NCBI GenBank assembly: GCA_944350385.1
Contig: CALVOV010000001.1
Span: 68,631-132,630 of the forward strand
Direction: 5' to 3'
Length of the DNA: 64,000 bases
Origin: an uncultured Bacilli bacterium
Lineage (GTDB): Bacteria; Bacillota_I; Bacilli_A; RF39; UBA660
A program made the translations under genes and the position numbers. Positions 18,901 to 27,438 of the stretch are shown here, one piece after another; the first letter of the stretch is position 1, and every line of letters begins with the position of its first letter. The notes beneath the pieces are model-generated. The model had not been told where the DNA came from and did not search any database. It worked only from the letters and a program-made list of their open reading frames with translations.

Positions 18901-21900
18901 TAATAGTTCTATGCCAAATTGGAGTTCTGGTGGAACAATGATAGGTAATGCTGGAGCTGGACATGCTAGGATTACTAGACTTAGTGATGGAAAAGTTTAC
19001 GAGTTTAATTATACTGGTTCTCCACAAACTTTTGATGTTCCAACTTCTGATATATATAGAATAGAATGTTGGGGAGCCGCTGGTGGAGATAACTCTAATC
19101 CAGTTGGTTCTAATAGAACTTCTCCATCCACGGCTGGACGCGGTGCTTATACTTCTGGCGATATTACCTTGGATTCTAGTGCTACATTATATGTTTATGT
19201 TGGTGGTGCTGGAGTTTACAGTACTACTTCTAAAGCTGGTGGTTGGAATGGAGGAGGAAAAAATGGTGGTGGTTCTGCTGGATCTGGATCTGGTGGAGGT
19301 GCTACTGATGTTAGATTAATAAATGGAACTTGGAATAATTTAGAGTCATTACAATCAAGAATTATGGTTGCTGCTGGTGGTGGTGGTTCAGATAATGCTG
19401 GAGGAACATTGAACGGCAGTGATGATGGACGTGGAGGTTCAGGAGGAACTTTATTTGGACTTGGTGGTTACATAAATGGAGTTATTCAACCTGGTAGTGT
19501 AGCTACACAAGTTACTGGAAACGCTTTTGGTATTGGTGCTAATCCTACTACAGTTACAGATACTGGTGGTGGAGGTGGCGGTTATTATGGTGGCCTTGCT
19601 ACTAACAGTGGAAATGGTGGAGCAGCAGGAGGATCTTCATATATATCTGGTCATCAAGGTTGTATTTCTTATAACAATGCAGCTAATTTCTTAGCTTTTG
19701 AAAAATATCAAGAAAATTCTCAATATCAGGGAACTTTTGATATTACTATACAAGATTTGCGAGATGAAATTACTACTAACGACTATTATGTTAGAGTTTA
19801 TAGAAAAGGTGAATATCTTAATGAATATCATTATGATTTACCTGATAGTAATTTGATTGAAAATGATAGGCAAACATATGGATTTGATAAAAATGTAGAA
19901 TATACACTTACTTTATCTGTAAAACAAAGGGATAGGTATTATGATATTGATTCTGTAGAGTTTACTACAGAAACTGAAATACGTTCTATTACTACTGTAT
20001 CTGAGTTTTTTGCAATGCATCCAGATGGTAAGTACATTGTTTTAAATGATTTAGATTTTACTGGTTCAACTACTATTTATAGTTCATGGTTTTATGGAGA
20101 AATTGATTTTCAAGGATACCATATGACACGTAATGCTCAAGGTGCTGCTTTGAGGTTATTTGAACAGTTTAGATCTAGTGCGGTTATAAAAAACCTTGTT
20201 ATTGATTTCTATTTTGATAATTCATCAAGTAGAGAGTGGTATTATGGTTTAATTACATATAATTATGGTACTGTTGATAATGTATATGCAATAGTACATG
20301 AAGCTACCCTTGTACCTAATTATGTTCTTACTCTGTTTTGTTATGCAAATTATGGTACGATTAGTAATTTTGTAATTAATTCAAAAGTTAGTGTTTCAGC
20401 ATTAGCAGCTAGTGGATTAGCTACCTGGTCAAATCAGGGAGTATTACGTAATGGTTATGCTTATGGTGAAAATATTTATGCATATCATCAAAATGTTGAT
20501 AGACGTAGTAGAAAAGATGTAGCGGTTTTTGCTGGTGAAACTAATAATAATTCTCGTATAGAAAATGTATTTTCATTAATTAGTGTTGAAAAGTCAAATA
20601 GTTATGGAACTGGTGATAAAGAGTTATCTGTTGGTAATATGGTTGGTTATCATGGTTCTGGTTATATGGGTAATTCTTATTCTGTAGAACTTACTGATAA
20701 AACAAATACTAACATTTTAACTCAAGATCCTAATATTGGTAAGGTTTCATCTATTAGACAAAATAATCTTTATTATGTATCTGATAAAACTTATGGAGGA
20801 ATATATTCAAATAAAATTTCTAAATTGGCTTTGTATGATAAAAATTTCCAAAATCAAACATTGAATACTTATAATGGTTTTGATGTTGATCCAGTTGATT
20901 TAGGATATTTTCCACAATTAAAGTTAAATGATTGTATGCCTAAACAAGATTGGATTGAGTTGCCAACTGTTACAGAGGATGATTTGATTGATATTACTTC
21001 CATTGAAGTAGTGGAAAACAACGGAGATAATGCAGTTATTAAATTGTATATTAATAATCCATCTAATGAACAAATAACCCGCATGACTATTACAGATATT
21101 AATAAAATAGATATAATAAATCAGGTCAATTCTTTTGGTAAAACGACTCTTACTGTTAAATTGAGTCAACCACGTTCATATAAATCAAGATATTATATTG
21201 ATACTTTATGGATTAAACCAGCTTATGGACCTGAATATACTAGAGTTTATGAGAAAAATGAAAGATCTATTAATATTGATTTATATTATCCAATTTATAA
21301 TTTAAATGATTGGAAAATAATGGTTTCTAATCCTTCACAAAATTATAGTTTAATGGCTGACTTAGATTTTAAAAATGTGGCTTCTATCAGTAGTTATGTT
21401 GTTAATAGTACATTTAGTGCTAAATTGGATGGAAGAGGTCATACTATTAGTAATATTACGATTAGTAGTAATAATGGATTGTTTAATAGTGTTACTGGTA
21501 CAATTAAAAATTTATTTGTTAAAAATTATAAAAAAACAAGTAATACATCTTATGGTGGTTTTATCTATCAAGCAACTACTAATTCTGTTATAGATAATGT
21601 TCACATAGATGGTTGTCAAGTTTATGGACGTGATAGGATTGGTGGATTAGTAGGTTATTCTAATTCCATGACGATTAGAAACTCATCAGTCACGGGATTT
21701 AAACCTTCTGTTCCAGATGATCAAGAAAATTCATATATTGGTGGTTTAGTTGGGTATGCTAACTTGACATTTATTGAAAATTCTTACACTCAAGATCTTA
21801 ATATTAATATTGATAATGCTATGTCAACATTAGGTGTTGGAGGATTAGCAGGACGTATGGTTCAAGGCACTGTTTCTTATTCATACTCATCAGGAACTAT

Positions 21901-24900
21901 TAGGACTAATACTATTAATGTTGGTGGTTTAGTAGGTTGGAGTTCAGCTACTATTAGTAATGTTTGGAGTTATGTAAATATATCTACAGAACTTGATTAT
22001 GTTGGTGGTATAGTTGGTAAGTCTGATAACTCTAATGTAAATAATACCTTGGTTGCTGGTGCTATATATTCAAGATATGTATCTAATCAAGGAAATAATA
22101 TTCATAGAACCACAGGTAATGCACTTTCTGTTATTCAATCTAATTATGCTTGGGATAAGCAAAAATTTTATGGTTATGTTACTGGTGAAGCGTCAGCTGA
22201 AATTTTAGTAACAACAGAGAGCTTACAGGAACTTACTACTTACCAAGATTTAATTGGATTTGGAGAAATATTTGATTATTCTCAGATAGGAGATTCTATC
22301 TTACCAAAGATTAAAAATCCTGATACTGGAGAATTGTTACCAAATCAAAAAGATATAAATTTGGTAGGTGAAGAGTTTGATGTAAAAACTATAGAAATTG
22401 AGCCTACAGCAACTAATGCTACTATTCATATGATTATTGAAAATCCAAAACAATATGAAATAACTGGTATTGAATTTGATTATTTGCAAAAAATAACTGA
22501 GAGATATGTTAATAATGCTACTGATGGCACTACGGATGTTTATTTATCTGTTAGTCCGACTATGTATTTTGATAGTTACGCTTTTAATAAAGTAAATTAT
22601 ATAGATAGTAATGGAGAAGCTGCATCTTATGATAAAGTTGTCAGGATAGAATTACAATTCTTTAAAATATTGTCCTCTTTTGATGGTTGGAATCAAATAA
22701 GTACAACTTTTGCTGAAAATTATCGTATTACTGGTGATATTGATTTATCACAATTAGCTTCACCTAAATCCGGTGTTATTTTTGGTAGATTAGAGGGATT
22801 AGTTAATGATTCTGGTGTTAATTATAAAATAATGAATTATACAAAAACTGGAATTAAGGCATCTAAAACTAATTTAATTCGTAAAATTACAACTACTCTT
22901 AAAAATATAACATTTGAAAATATTGATTTAGAAACAACTGGCACTTCAACTTATTCTTATATGAATGTTATTTATTTAAATTATTCTGATATTGAAAACG
23001 TTCAGTTTAATTCAATTACAATCAATGCTCCTAAATCTAGTTATGTTGCACCTATAGGTGTTCATAGAGGACAAAATATTGATAATGTTCAAATAAATAA
23101 TAATAACATTACAGGAACAAGTTATGTTGCTGGATTGTTAGCATCTTCGTATAATACAAGTAGTACGGACGTTGTAGCAAGAGATTGTACTATTTATGGT
23201 AGCAATCAATACGTTGCTGGTATTGTAGCTTATAAGGATTATTTGAATGGATATAATACATTTAGATATTCAGGTTACAACATGAATGTTACTGGTAAAA
23301 CTGATGTTGGTGGGCTATTTGGTTATGCTGGTGCTCAAGATGCTAGAATATATGATTCAACAATCACTGGTATAAGTAATGGTAATTATGTTGGTGGTTT
23401 AGGTGGACGTAGTAGTTATGAACGTAGTGATATTCAATTGGTTAGTGGTTGTACAATAGTAGCTTCTTCTAATTATGTTGGTGGCTTATATGGTTGGGCA
23501 AGACATATGTATGATTGTACGGTAGAGAATACTACTATTACACAAACTAATTCTGCAAGAACTTATGTAGGTGGAGCTTTTGGATATCAAGATGGCTATA
23601 CGCATTCTAATATTGGTATTGTTAATGTTGATATAACTAATGCTGGAAATTACACGGGTGGAATTACAGGAAGATTAAATAATACTCCTGGTTTACATTA
23701 TGTATTTACAAATAATGTTACTATTAAAGGTAAAGATTATGTAGGAGGAGTTGCTGGAAGTAGTAATACAGGTCGTTTATATTATAATGTTACTAATGTT
23801 AATATAAGTGCAACAGGAAATTATGTTGGTGGAGTTTTTGGATATATTTCTTCAATACATGCAGTTGATAGTGCTTATTCAGCTGTTGTTTATGAATGTT
23901 TGGTAGCTAATTCGGTTGTTACTGGTAATAATTACGTAGGTGGTTTTGTTGGTAATACTAATGGAAGTCAACTTACTCCTGCCAAGTTCTACAATATTTT
24001 GTTAGTTGTTGATGTTAATTCAACTGCTTCTTCTAACGTTTATGCTGGAGCTATTAATGGAAGAGATAATAAAGATTATTCTACTATTCTAATGCAGAAG
24101 ATTAGGTTATATGAAAATAATAGATTGAATAATTCCACATTGAAGGCTTTACGCTTACCTATGATTCCTTCATCTAACTTGGTAACTACGACTAATTTAA
24201 AAACTCAAAGTTACTATACTGGATTTGGTTTTTCTACTGCAAGATGGGATTATGCAAATATATCTACAAGTTTTCCAAGAGTAAAGACTGCTTCTAACGG
24301 AAAGATTAGAGGAGAGCAAGAGCTATTGCCTGTTCCTACTTCAAATATTGTCTTTGCGAGAGCTATGCGTGAAATAGCACCTGTTGGTCATGAACTTCCT
24401 AAGATGTCAGCATATGCTAGTGGTATTAATTCTATTAACTTAGAGTTTAGTGATACAGATGAGTATTCATTCTTTGAAGTATATGACGGTGAGACTAAAG
24501 TATTTGAACAAAATGTTGATGAAAGAGCATTTACTATTAATTATGATTATCAGTCTAATATCAAGGTAATCTTAAGTGATGGAAGAAATTCTAAAGTTTA
24601 TGAATATAAGGCAAGTGATTTTAGAGTTCCTGCAAGTACTTATAATAAGAAATATGCTTATATTTATAAAGGCGATTTAAAAGGAAATGTTGATCCTCCT
24701 AATACCAAAGGAAAATTTATTCATATTTATAGAGATCTGGCTTTGACAGATGAGATGGAAGTAGTAAATATTATTACTGGTGAGATATCAGAAGGTAGCT
24801 ACATGTTCACAATTTCTTTAGCTGATAAAACTGTTCCATTGTTTGAATTTGATTATAAAGATACTCCTATTGAAACTTATTATAATTATTCTATTGTTAG

Positions 24901-25747
24901 AAAAGATGGTAATGATATTCTTTATAATAATCAAATCTTAGTTAAAAATGGTAATATTGAAATTGTTGATTCAATGTTAGAATCTTATCATAATATGGTT
25001 ATTTTAGATAATTATTCTAATAAAGATTATATTTCGGTTTTAGGAACTGATGGTTCATTATATGATTTGAAATCTCCGATTTCAATTCCTAATAATTTTT
25101 CAAATAAGGCAATTCGTTTTATATCTAATAATATATATAGTGATAATAGTGCCGTAATACTTATTTATAAAACTGGTAAGGTGGTAGTATTCGATTATCG
25201 AACTGGCAAAGAGATAGTACAAGAAAAAGCTACTGAAGATATTTCGATAGTAGATTATTTTAAAGAAAATTTCTCTTCTTCTACTCCTTTAATTGGCAGT
25301 AATATTACTTCTAATTATCAAGAAGCTTTGGACTTAAAGGAACTTCTTTTAGATACTCCTATTCAAGCTACTAGTAATGGTTCATTCACAATGGCCAATG
25401 AAGATAATATTGATTCTGACGATATTCTTTCTTCTATAAAAAAATCTAAAAATTATGTAACTTATTACAATTCGGTCAGAGATGATTATGATGTTTTAGA
25501 TATTTCTAGTCTTATAAGTGATACTGATAATACAATAAAAGATTCTGAAAATATAGTAACAGAGAACAATAAAATTTATACTTCAAATAATTTGGTACAA
25601 TTTTACATGAAAAAATCAGCAATTAAAGAAGTGTTAGAAAATATCAATGGTTTATATATTTTTGGAGCTTTATTCATTGGATTATTAGGAGCTTTGTGGT
25701 TAGGTTCTAGATATACTAAAAAGTTAAAACCGATAGAGGAGGAATAA
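15965..25747 (+). CDS. Giant (3,260 aa) multi-domain cell-surface protein
   Basis: Uninterrupted 9.8-kb ORF. N-terminal signal/anchor helix, FN3/Ig-like repeats, jelly-roll-like segment, glycine-rich domain, three GLUG-repeat beta-helix modules, and a C-terminal TM helix with a basic tail. No LPXTG. Confidence 0.9.
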   Translation: MKKSAFLIAMILLVVFSFTMFFITRFDTSTLIARDGFFVSGTQLDEVLLNENKLAKSESVNLEKISSLDTMYVNLDKIYVGEEKKIEVNTIYPLFINNGLGIVNLDDKSKLINKKFELFDTYENFTITGGKLYNFGDFEQADYEDYILLQLSNGTYVNLLDMSLETMSGNYSIMTNSIINFQESYINYYYYDTEGKLVYKIIDGLSLDNTISFGKNNYTYQEFLVGIEKMTLPEDDTIIEDEDDSSDDDYIIGENDNNNNTNSGTSSGEKKYVAPKVSVTNFTANVYSADATLSISDPSRVIVGGINFQFFVDDKVFLRKTFLNSGNIEVAGLVPNTTFKIVGTYKYYNEESKKMEMTFFEQELTTLGVENLEPISLEFDNGVIYPNKIELNNLKISSNLQSETVKGVNKAIIIINGEQFSIATGKLTEIINGRSITYTSPAKIESNTVINYEIKLLDAYSNEIKLVNNSGVTRTSKNAPTTSIKVADSAVNEVKLIANLKNIDNVNINDYRYVISDANGTIFEEKSLNSNEDSQEIILKNLNPNTTYSVVVYGNYDIENGQGTMINQVMGEGKFTTSPLSSLGFFRVTATPLDLTSSSVTISSSLDINNVSAILLELLNSLTISITDEQDNIVFTHTYNGDALDLIRSGEEFSIDLDGLSSVTTYNVNYSATVKQGTVVEAINVLCSLKSFKTYKLDAEVQIQKEFVTSNMIDFDVRVVDLDGAIESGRVLLEVRDSIGTLVAKEYLDINADYVQLTYSQLEASQKYTFNYIAEEYNKGFSNATYEGDYKLLSKDIVTEEGISGEIKLINLLRDITGKNLFNLEDYNRIRKEGNTGYKEYDVQNNTVMFGAKNGYVTYSYFLPEAYHKVVNLSFKARYNEDTQNTAPVYISLGYGNNRNYAVTNLTDQYKEYSFTFYSTSNYIGFNIYETANANKKTTVDFKDIQILSLDEEAFLNTENSMSIHPSRYIFSDTIMIDGNSSMPNWSSGGTMIGNAGAGHARITRLSDGKVYEFNYTGSPQTFDVPTSDIYRIECWGAAGGDNSNPVGSNRTSPSTAGRGAYTSGDITLDSSATLYVYVGGAGVYSTTSKAGGWNGGGKNGGGSAGSGSGGGATDVRLINGTWNNLESLQSRIMVAAGGGGSDNAGGTLNGSDDGRGGSGGTLFGLGGYINGVIQPGSVATQVTGNAFGIGANPTTVTDTGGGGGGYYGGLATNSGNGGAAGGSSYISGHQGCISYNNAANFLAFEKYQENSQYQGTFDITIQDLRDEITTNDYYVRVYRKGEYLNEYHYDLPDSNLIENDRQTYGFDKNVEYTLTLSVKQRDRYYDIDSVEFTTETEIRSITTVSEFFAMHPDGKYIVLNDLDFTGSTTIYSSWFYGEIDFQGYHMTRNAQGAALRLFEQFRSSAVIKNLVIDFYFDNSSSREWYYGLITYNYGTVDNVYAIVHEATLVPNYVLTLFCYANYGTISNFVINSKVSVSALAASGLATWSNQGVLRNGYAYGENIYAYHQNVDRRSRKDVAVFAGETNNNSRIENVFSLISVEKSNSYGTGDKELSVGNMVGYHGSGYMGNSYSVELTDKTNTNILTQDPNIGKVSSIRQNNLYYVSDKTYGGIYSNKISKLALYDKNFQNQTLNTYNGFDVDPVDLGYFPQLKLNDCMPKQDWIELPTVTEDDLIDITSIEVVENNGDNAVIKLYINNPSNEQITRMTITDINKIDIINQVNSFGKTTLTVKLSQPRSYKSRYYIDTLWIKPAYGPEYTRVYEKNERSINIDLYYPIYNLNDWKIMVSNPSQNYSLMADLDFKNVASISSYVVNSTFSAKLDGRGHTISNITISSNNGLFNSVTGTIKNLFVKNYKKTSNTSYGGFIYQATTNSVIDNVHIDGCQVYGRDRIGGLVGYSNSMTIRNSSVTGFKPSVPDDQENSYIGGLVGYANLTFIENSYTQDLNINIDNAMSTLGVGGLAGRMVQGTVSYSYSSGTIRTNTINVGGLVGWSSATISNVWSYVNISTELDYVGGIVGKSDNSNVNNTLVAGAIYSRYVSNQGNNIHRTTGNALSVIQSNYAWDKQKFYGYVTGEASAEILVTTESLQELTTYQDLIGFGEIFDYSQIGDSILPKIKNPDTGELLPNQKDINLVGEEFDVKTIEIEPTATNATIHMIIENPKQYEITGIEFDYLQKITERYVNNATDGTTDVYLSVSPTMYFDSYAFNKVNYIDSNGEAASYDKVVRIELQFFKILSSFDGWNQISTTFAENYRITGDIDLSQLASPKSGVIFGRLEGLVNDSGVNYKIMNYTKTGIKASKTNLIRKITTTLKNITFENIDLETTGTSTYSYMNVIYLNYSDIENVQFNSITINAPKSSYVAPIGVHRGQNIDNVQINNNNITGTSYVAGLLASSYNTSSTDVVARDCTIYGSNQYVAGIVAYKDYLNGYNTFRYSGYNMNVTGKTDVGGLFGYAGAQDARIYDSTITGISNGNYVGGLGGRSSYERSDIQLVSGCTIVASSNYVGGLYGWARHMYDCTVENTTITQTNSARTYVGGAFGYQDGYTHSNIGIVNVDITNAGNYTGGITGRLNNTPGLHYVFTNNVTIKGKDYVGGVAGSSNTGRLYYNVTNVNISATGNYVGGVFGYISSIHAVDSAYSAVVYECLVANSVVTGNNYVGGFVGNTNGSQLTPAKFYNILLVVDVNSTASSNVYAGAINGRDNKDYSTILMQKIRLYENNRLNNSTLKALRLPMIPSSNLVTTTNLKTQSYYTGFGFSTARWDYANISTSFPRVKTASNGKIRGEQELLPVPTSNIVFARAMREIAPVGHELPKMSAYASGINSINLEFSDTDEYSFFEVYDGETKVFEQNVDERAFTINYDYQSNIKVILSDGRNSKVYEYKASDFRVPASTYNKKYAYIYKGDLKGNVDPPNTKGKFIHIYRDLALTDEMEVVNIITGEISEGSYMFTISLADKTVPLFEFDYKDTPIETYYNYSIVRKDGNDILYNNQILVKNGNIEIVDSMLESYHNMVILDNYSNKDYISVLGTDGSLYDLKSPISIPNNFSNKAIRFISNNIYSDNSAVILIYKTGKVVVFDYRTGKEIVQEKATEDISIVDYFKENFSSSTPLIGSNITSNYQEALDLKELLLDTPIQATSNGSFTMANEDNIDSDDILSSIKKSKNYVTYYNSVRDDYDVLDISSLISDTDNTIKDSENIVTENNKIYTSNNLVQFYMKKSAIKEVLENINGLYIFGALFIGLLGALWLGSRYTKKLKPIEEE
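18900..19680 (+). other. Glycine-rich domain (Pfam Gly_rich / ALK-LTK GR-like) within the giant protein
   Basis: NYTGSPQTFDVPTSDIYRIECWGAAGGDN...LYVYVGGAGV...GGWNGGGKNGGGSAGSGSGGGATDVRL...RIMVAAGGGGSDNAGG...GGGGGGYYGG. Confidence 0.6.
19987..24300 (+). other. Three GLUG-motif beta-helix modules (about 19987-20930, 21290-22350, 22660-24300)
   Basis: Each module opens with a ...Y.(L/I).(N/A/G)D(L/I)D(F/L)... lead-in and closes with an FP.(L/V)K-like motif. Modules 2 and 3 carry 5 and 10 or more (Y)VGG(L/I/V/F)xG(Y/W/K/R) repeats. Confidence 0.6.
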
Positions 25748-25748
25748 A

Positions 25749-26303
25749 ATGGTTAAATTAAAATTAAGTAAAAGAGGAATTATATTTGTTGCAATTGCTA
25801 TAATAGTAGTGATATTACTAATTGTACTGGGACTTAGGGTACTTAGTAATGCTTCTGTTAAAACTCCTGTTGAATTAACTGAATCTTTTATGAAAAAATA
25901 TCAAATAGCAGATAGTGAAATAATGAATAAGATTGAATATCCTTTTGATGATCAGTTAACTGATGAACAATTGAAAAGATATAAGGATTTAATTGAGACT
26001 CAGTATTTAGCTCTTGATTATCAAATAGTTGAAGAAAATATTGGTGAACTTGATGCTATTATAAAAGTGGAGTTTAGTGTTTTTGATTATGCTTCAAGTT
26101 ATGATAAGGCTACTAATTATTTAAATGTATATGAAAAAGATATGAGCTCAATAAAACAAGTTGACTATAAATTGAAAGAGATGGAAAATACTCAGGAAAA
26201 AATCACTTATGCTATTACATTTAATTATTATAAGTTAGATGGTAAATGGATTATGTTAGAAGTCTCAGATACTGATTTGAGTAAATTATCTGGAACATAT
26301 TAA
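25749..26303 (+). CDS. Small N-terminally anchored protein, translationally coupled to the giant gene
   Basis: The ATG is 1 nt after the giant gene stop. Its gaggagga SD lies inside the last codons of the giant gene. TM helix IIFVAIAIIVVILLIVLGL followed by a ~150-aa alpha+beta domain. Confidence 0.6.
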   Translation: MVKLKLSKRGIIFVAIAIIVVILLIVLGLRVLSNASVKTPVELTESFMKKYQIADSEIMNKIEYPFDDQLTDEQLKRYKDLIETQYLALDYQIVEENIGELDAIIKVEFSVFDYASSYDKATNYLNVYEKDMSSIKQVDYKLKEMENTQEKITYAITFNYYKLDGKWIMLEVSDTDLSKLSGTY

Positions 26304-26304
26304 A

Positions 26305-26335
26305 AAAGATGGATTTAATAATCCATCTTTTTATA
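26305..26335 (+). terminator. Rho-independent terminator
   Basis: 11-bp stem aaagatggatt/aatccatcttt, 4-nt loop, T-run. Confidence 0.8.
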
Positions 26336-26389
26336 TTATTTTTATTATTAAGTATGATATAATAGAATTAAGATGGGATGTGATAATTC

Positions 26390-27430
26390 GTGGAGGTTTT
26401 GGACAATAAATGTCCAGGATGTGGTGCTAAAATAAATTTTAATCCAGTTAATCAAACGTGGGATTGTGATTATTGTGGAAGTAAGTTTACTTTAGAAGAA
26501 ATGCAGAAATATTCAAATGCTAGTAGTGTAGAAGTTAATACTGAACAAATTCAAAATAAAACATTAGATAAATTTGTTACTTATCATTGTAGTAATTGTG
26601 GAGCTGAAATAATGGCTGATGAAACTACTGTTGCAACTTTTTGTGTGTATTGTGGTAGTACAGCAATTTTAAAAGAGAAAATTGAAAATGGGAGAGCTCC
26701 TGACTTAATTATTCCTTTTAAAAATACTAAAGAAGATGCGTCTAAAGCTTTTTCTAATGTTACAAGGTATAAACCACTTATGCCAAAAGAGTTTAGACAA
26801 TTAAAGAATATTGAAAAAATTTCTGGTATATATATTCCTTTTTGGGCATATGATATTGTTTGTGATGGAAATGTTACTTTTTCTTGTACTGATACATCGC
26901 ATTGGTCAGATTCAAAATATAGATATACTAAAGTCGATAGATATAGTTCTACAATTGAAGGACATTTTGATTATGAAAAAGTATTAGCTGATGCTTCAAG
27001 TAGATTCAAAGATGAATTGATGGATTCAATAGAACCTTTTGATTATCAAGAATTAAAGGAGTATAATCATGCTTATTTAGCTGGATTTTTTGCTGAAAAA
27101 TATGATGTTAGCGAAGATAATGCTTATATAAGAGCTAAAGAACGTACTATGAATACCTGTGTTGAATTAGCACAAGGTGAAACCCATCATCAAAGTAGTA
27201 TTATTAATAACAATCAATTCAATTTAGTAAAATCTTCTACAAATTATATTATGTTACCCGTTTGGATGGTTAATATTAAATATAAGGATAAATTATATAC
27301 TTTTGCAATGAATGGACAATCTGGAAAAATGGTTGGTGATATTCCCATAGGCATTAAAGAAACTATAATTTGGGGATTAATTATTTTTATTGTTACTTTC
27401 TTAATTTGTTTATTAGTTGTGTTATTATAG
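26390..27430 (+). CDS. YdjG-like double zinc-ribbon protein with C-terminal TM anchor
   Basis: CPGCG...CDYCGS and CSNCG...CVYCGS ribbons and a C-terminal helix IIWGLIIFIVTFLICLLVVLL. TGaTATAAT at 26355-26363. Sits upstream of TPM and SPFH genes, as in B. subtilis ydjGHI. Confidence 0.55.
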   Translation: MEVLDNKCPGCGAKINFNPVNQTWDCDYCGSKFTLEEMQKYSNASSVEVNTEQIQNKTLDKFVTYHCSNCGAEIMADETTVATFCVYCGSTAILKEKIENGRAPDLIIPFKNTKEDASKAFSNVTRYKPLMPKEFRQLKNIEKISGIYIPFWAYDIVCDGNVTFSCTDTSHWSDSKYRYTKVDRYSSTIEGHFDYEKVLADASSRFKDELMDSIEPFDYQELKEYNHAYLAGFFAEKYDVSEDNAYIRAKERTMNTCVELAQGETHHQSSIINNNQFNLVKSSTNYIMLPVWMVNIKYKDKLYTFAMNGQSGKMVGDIPIGIKETIIWGLIIFIVTFLICLLVVLL

Positions 27431-27438
27431 AGGTATTT

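Noticed and set aside
16668-21593. Several 65-81-aa ORFs inside the giant gene (16668-16871, 17665-17862, 19083-19319, 20869-21084, 20924-21169, 21375-21593)
   Set aside because: They are out-of-frame or antisense, with hydrophobic low-complexity translations typical of alternative frames of AT-rich or Gly-codon-rich DNA. None has an RBS.
27370-27438. N-terminal extension of the TPM-domain ORF
   Set aside because: It overlaps the C-terminal TM helix codons of the upstream gene. ATG 27439 begins a normal signal peptide (MKKKFILFLVV...).
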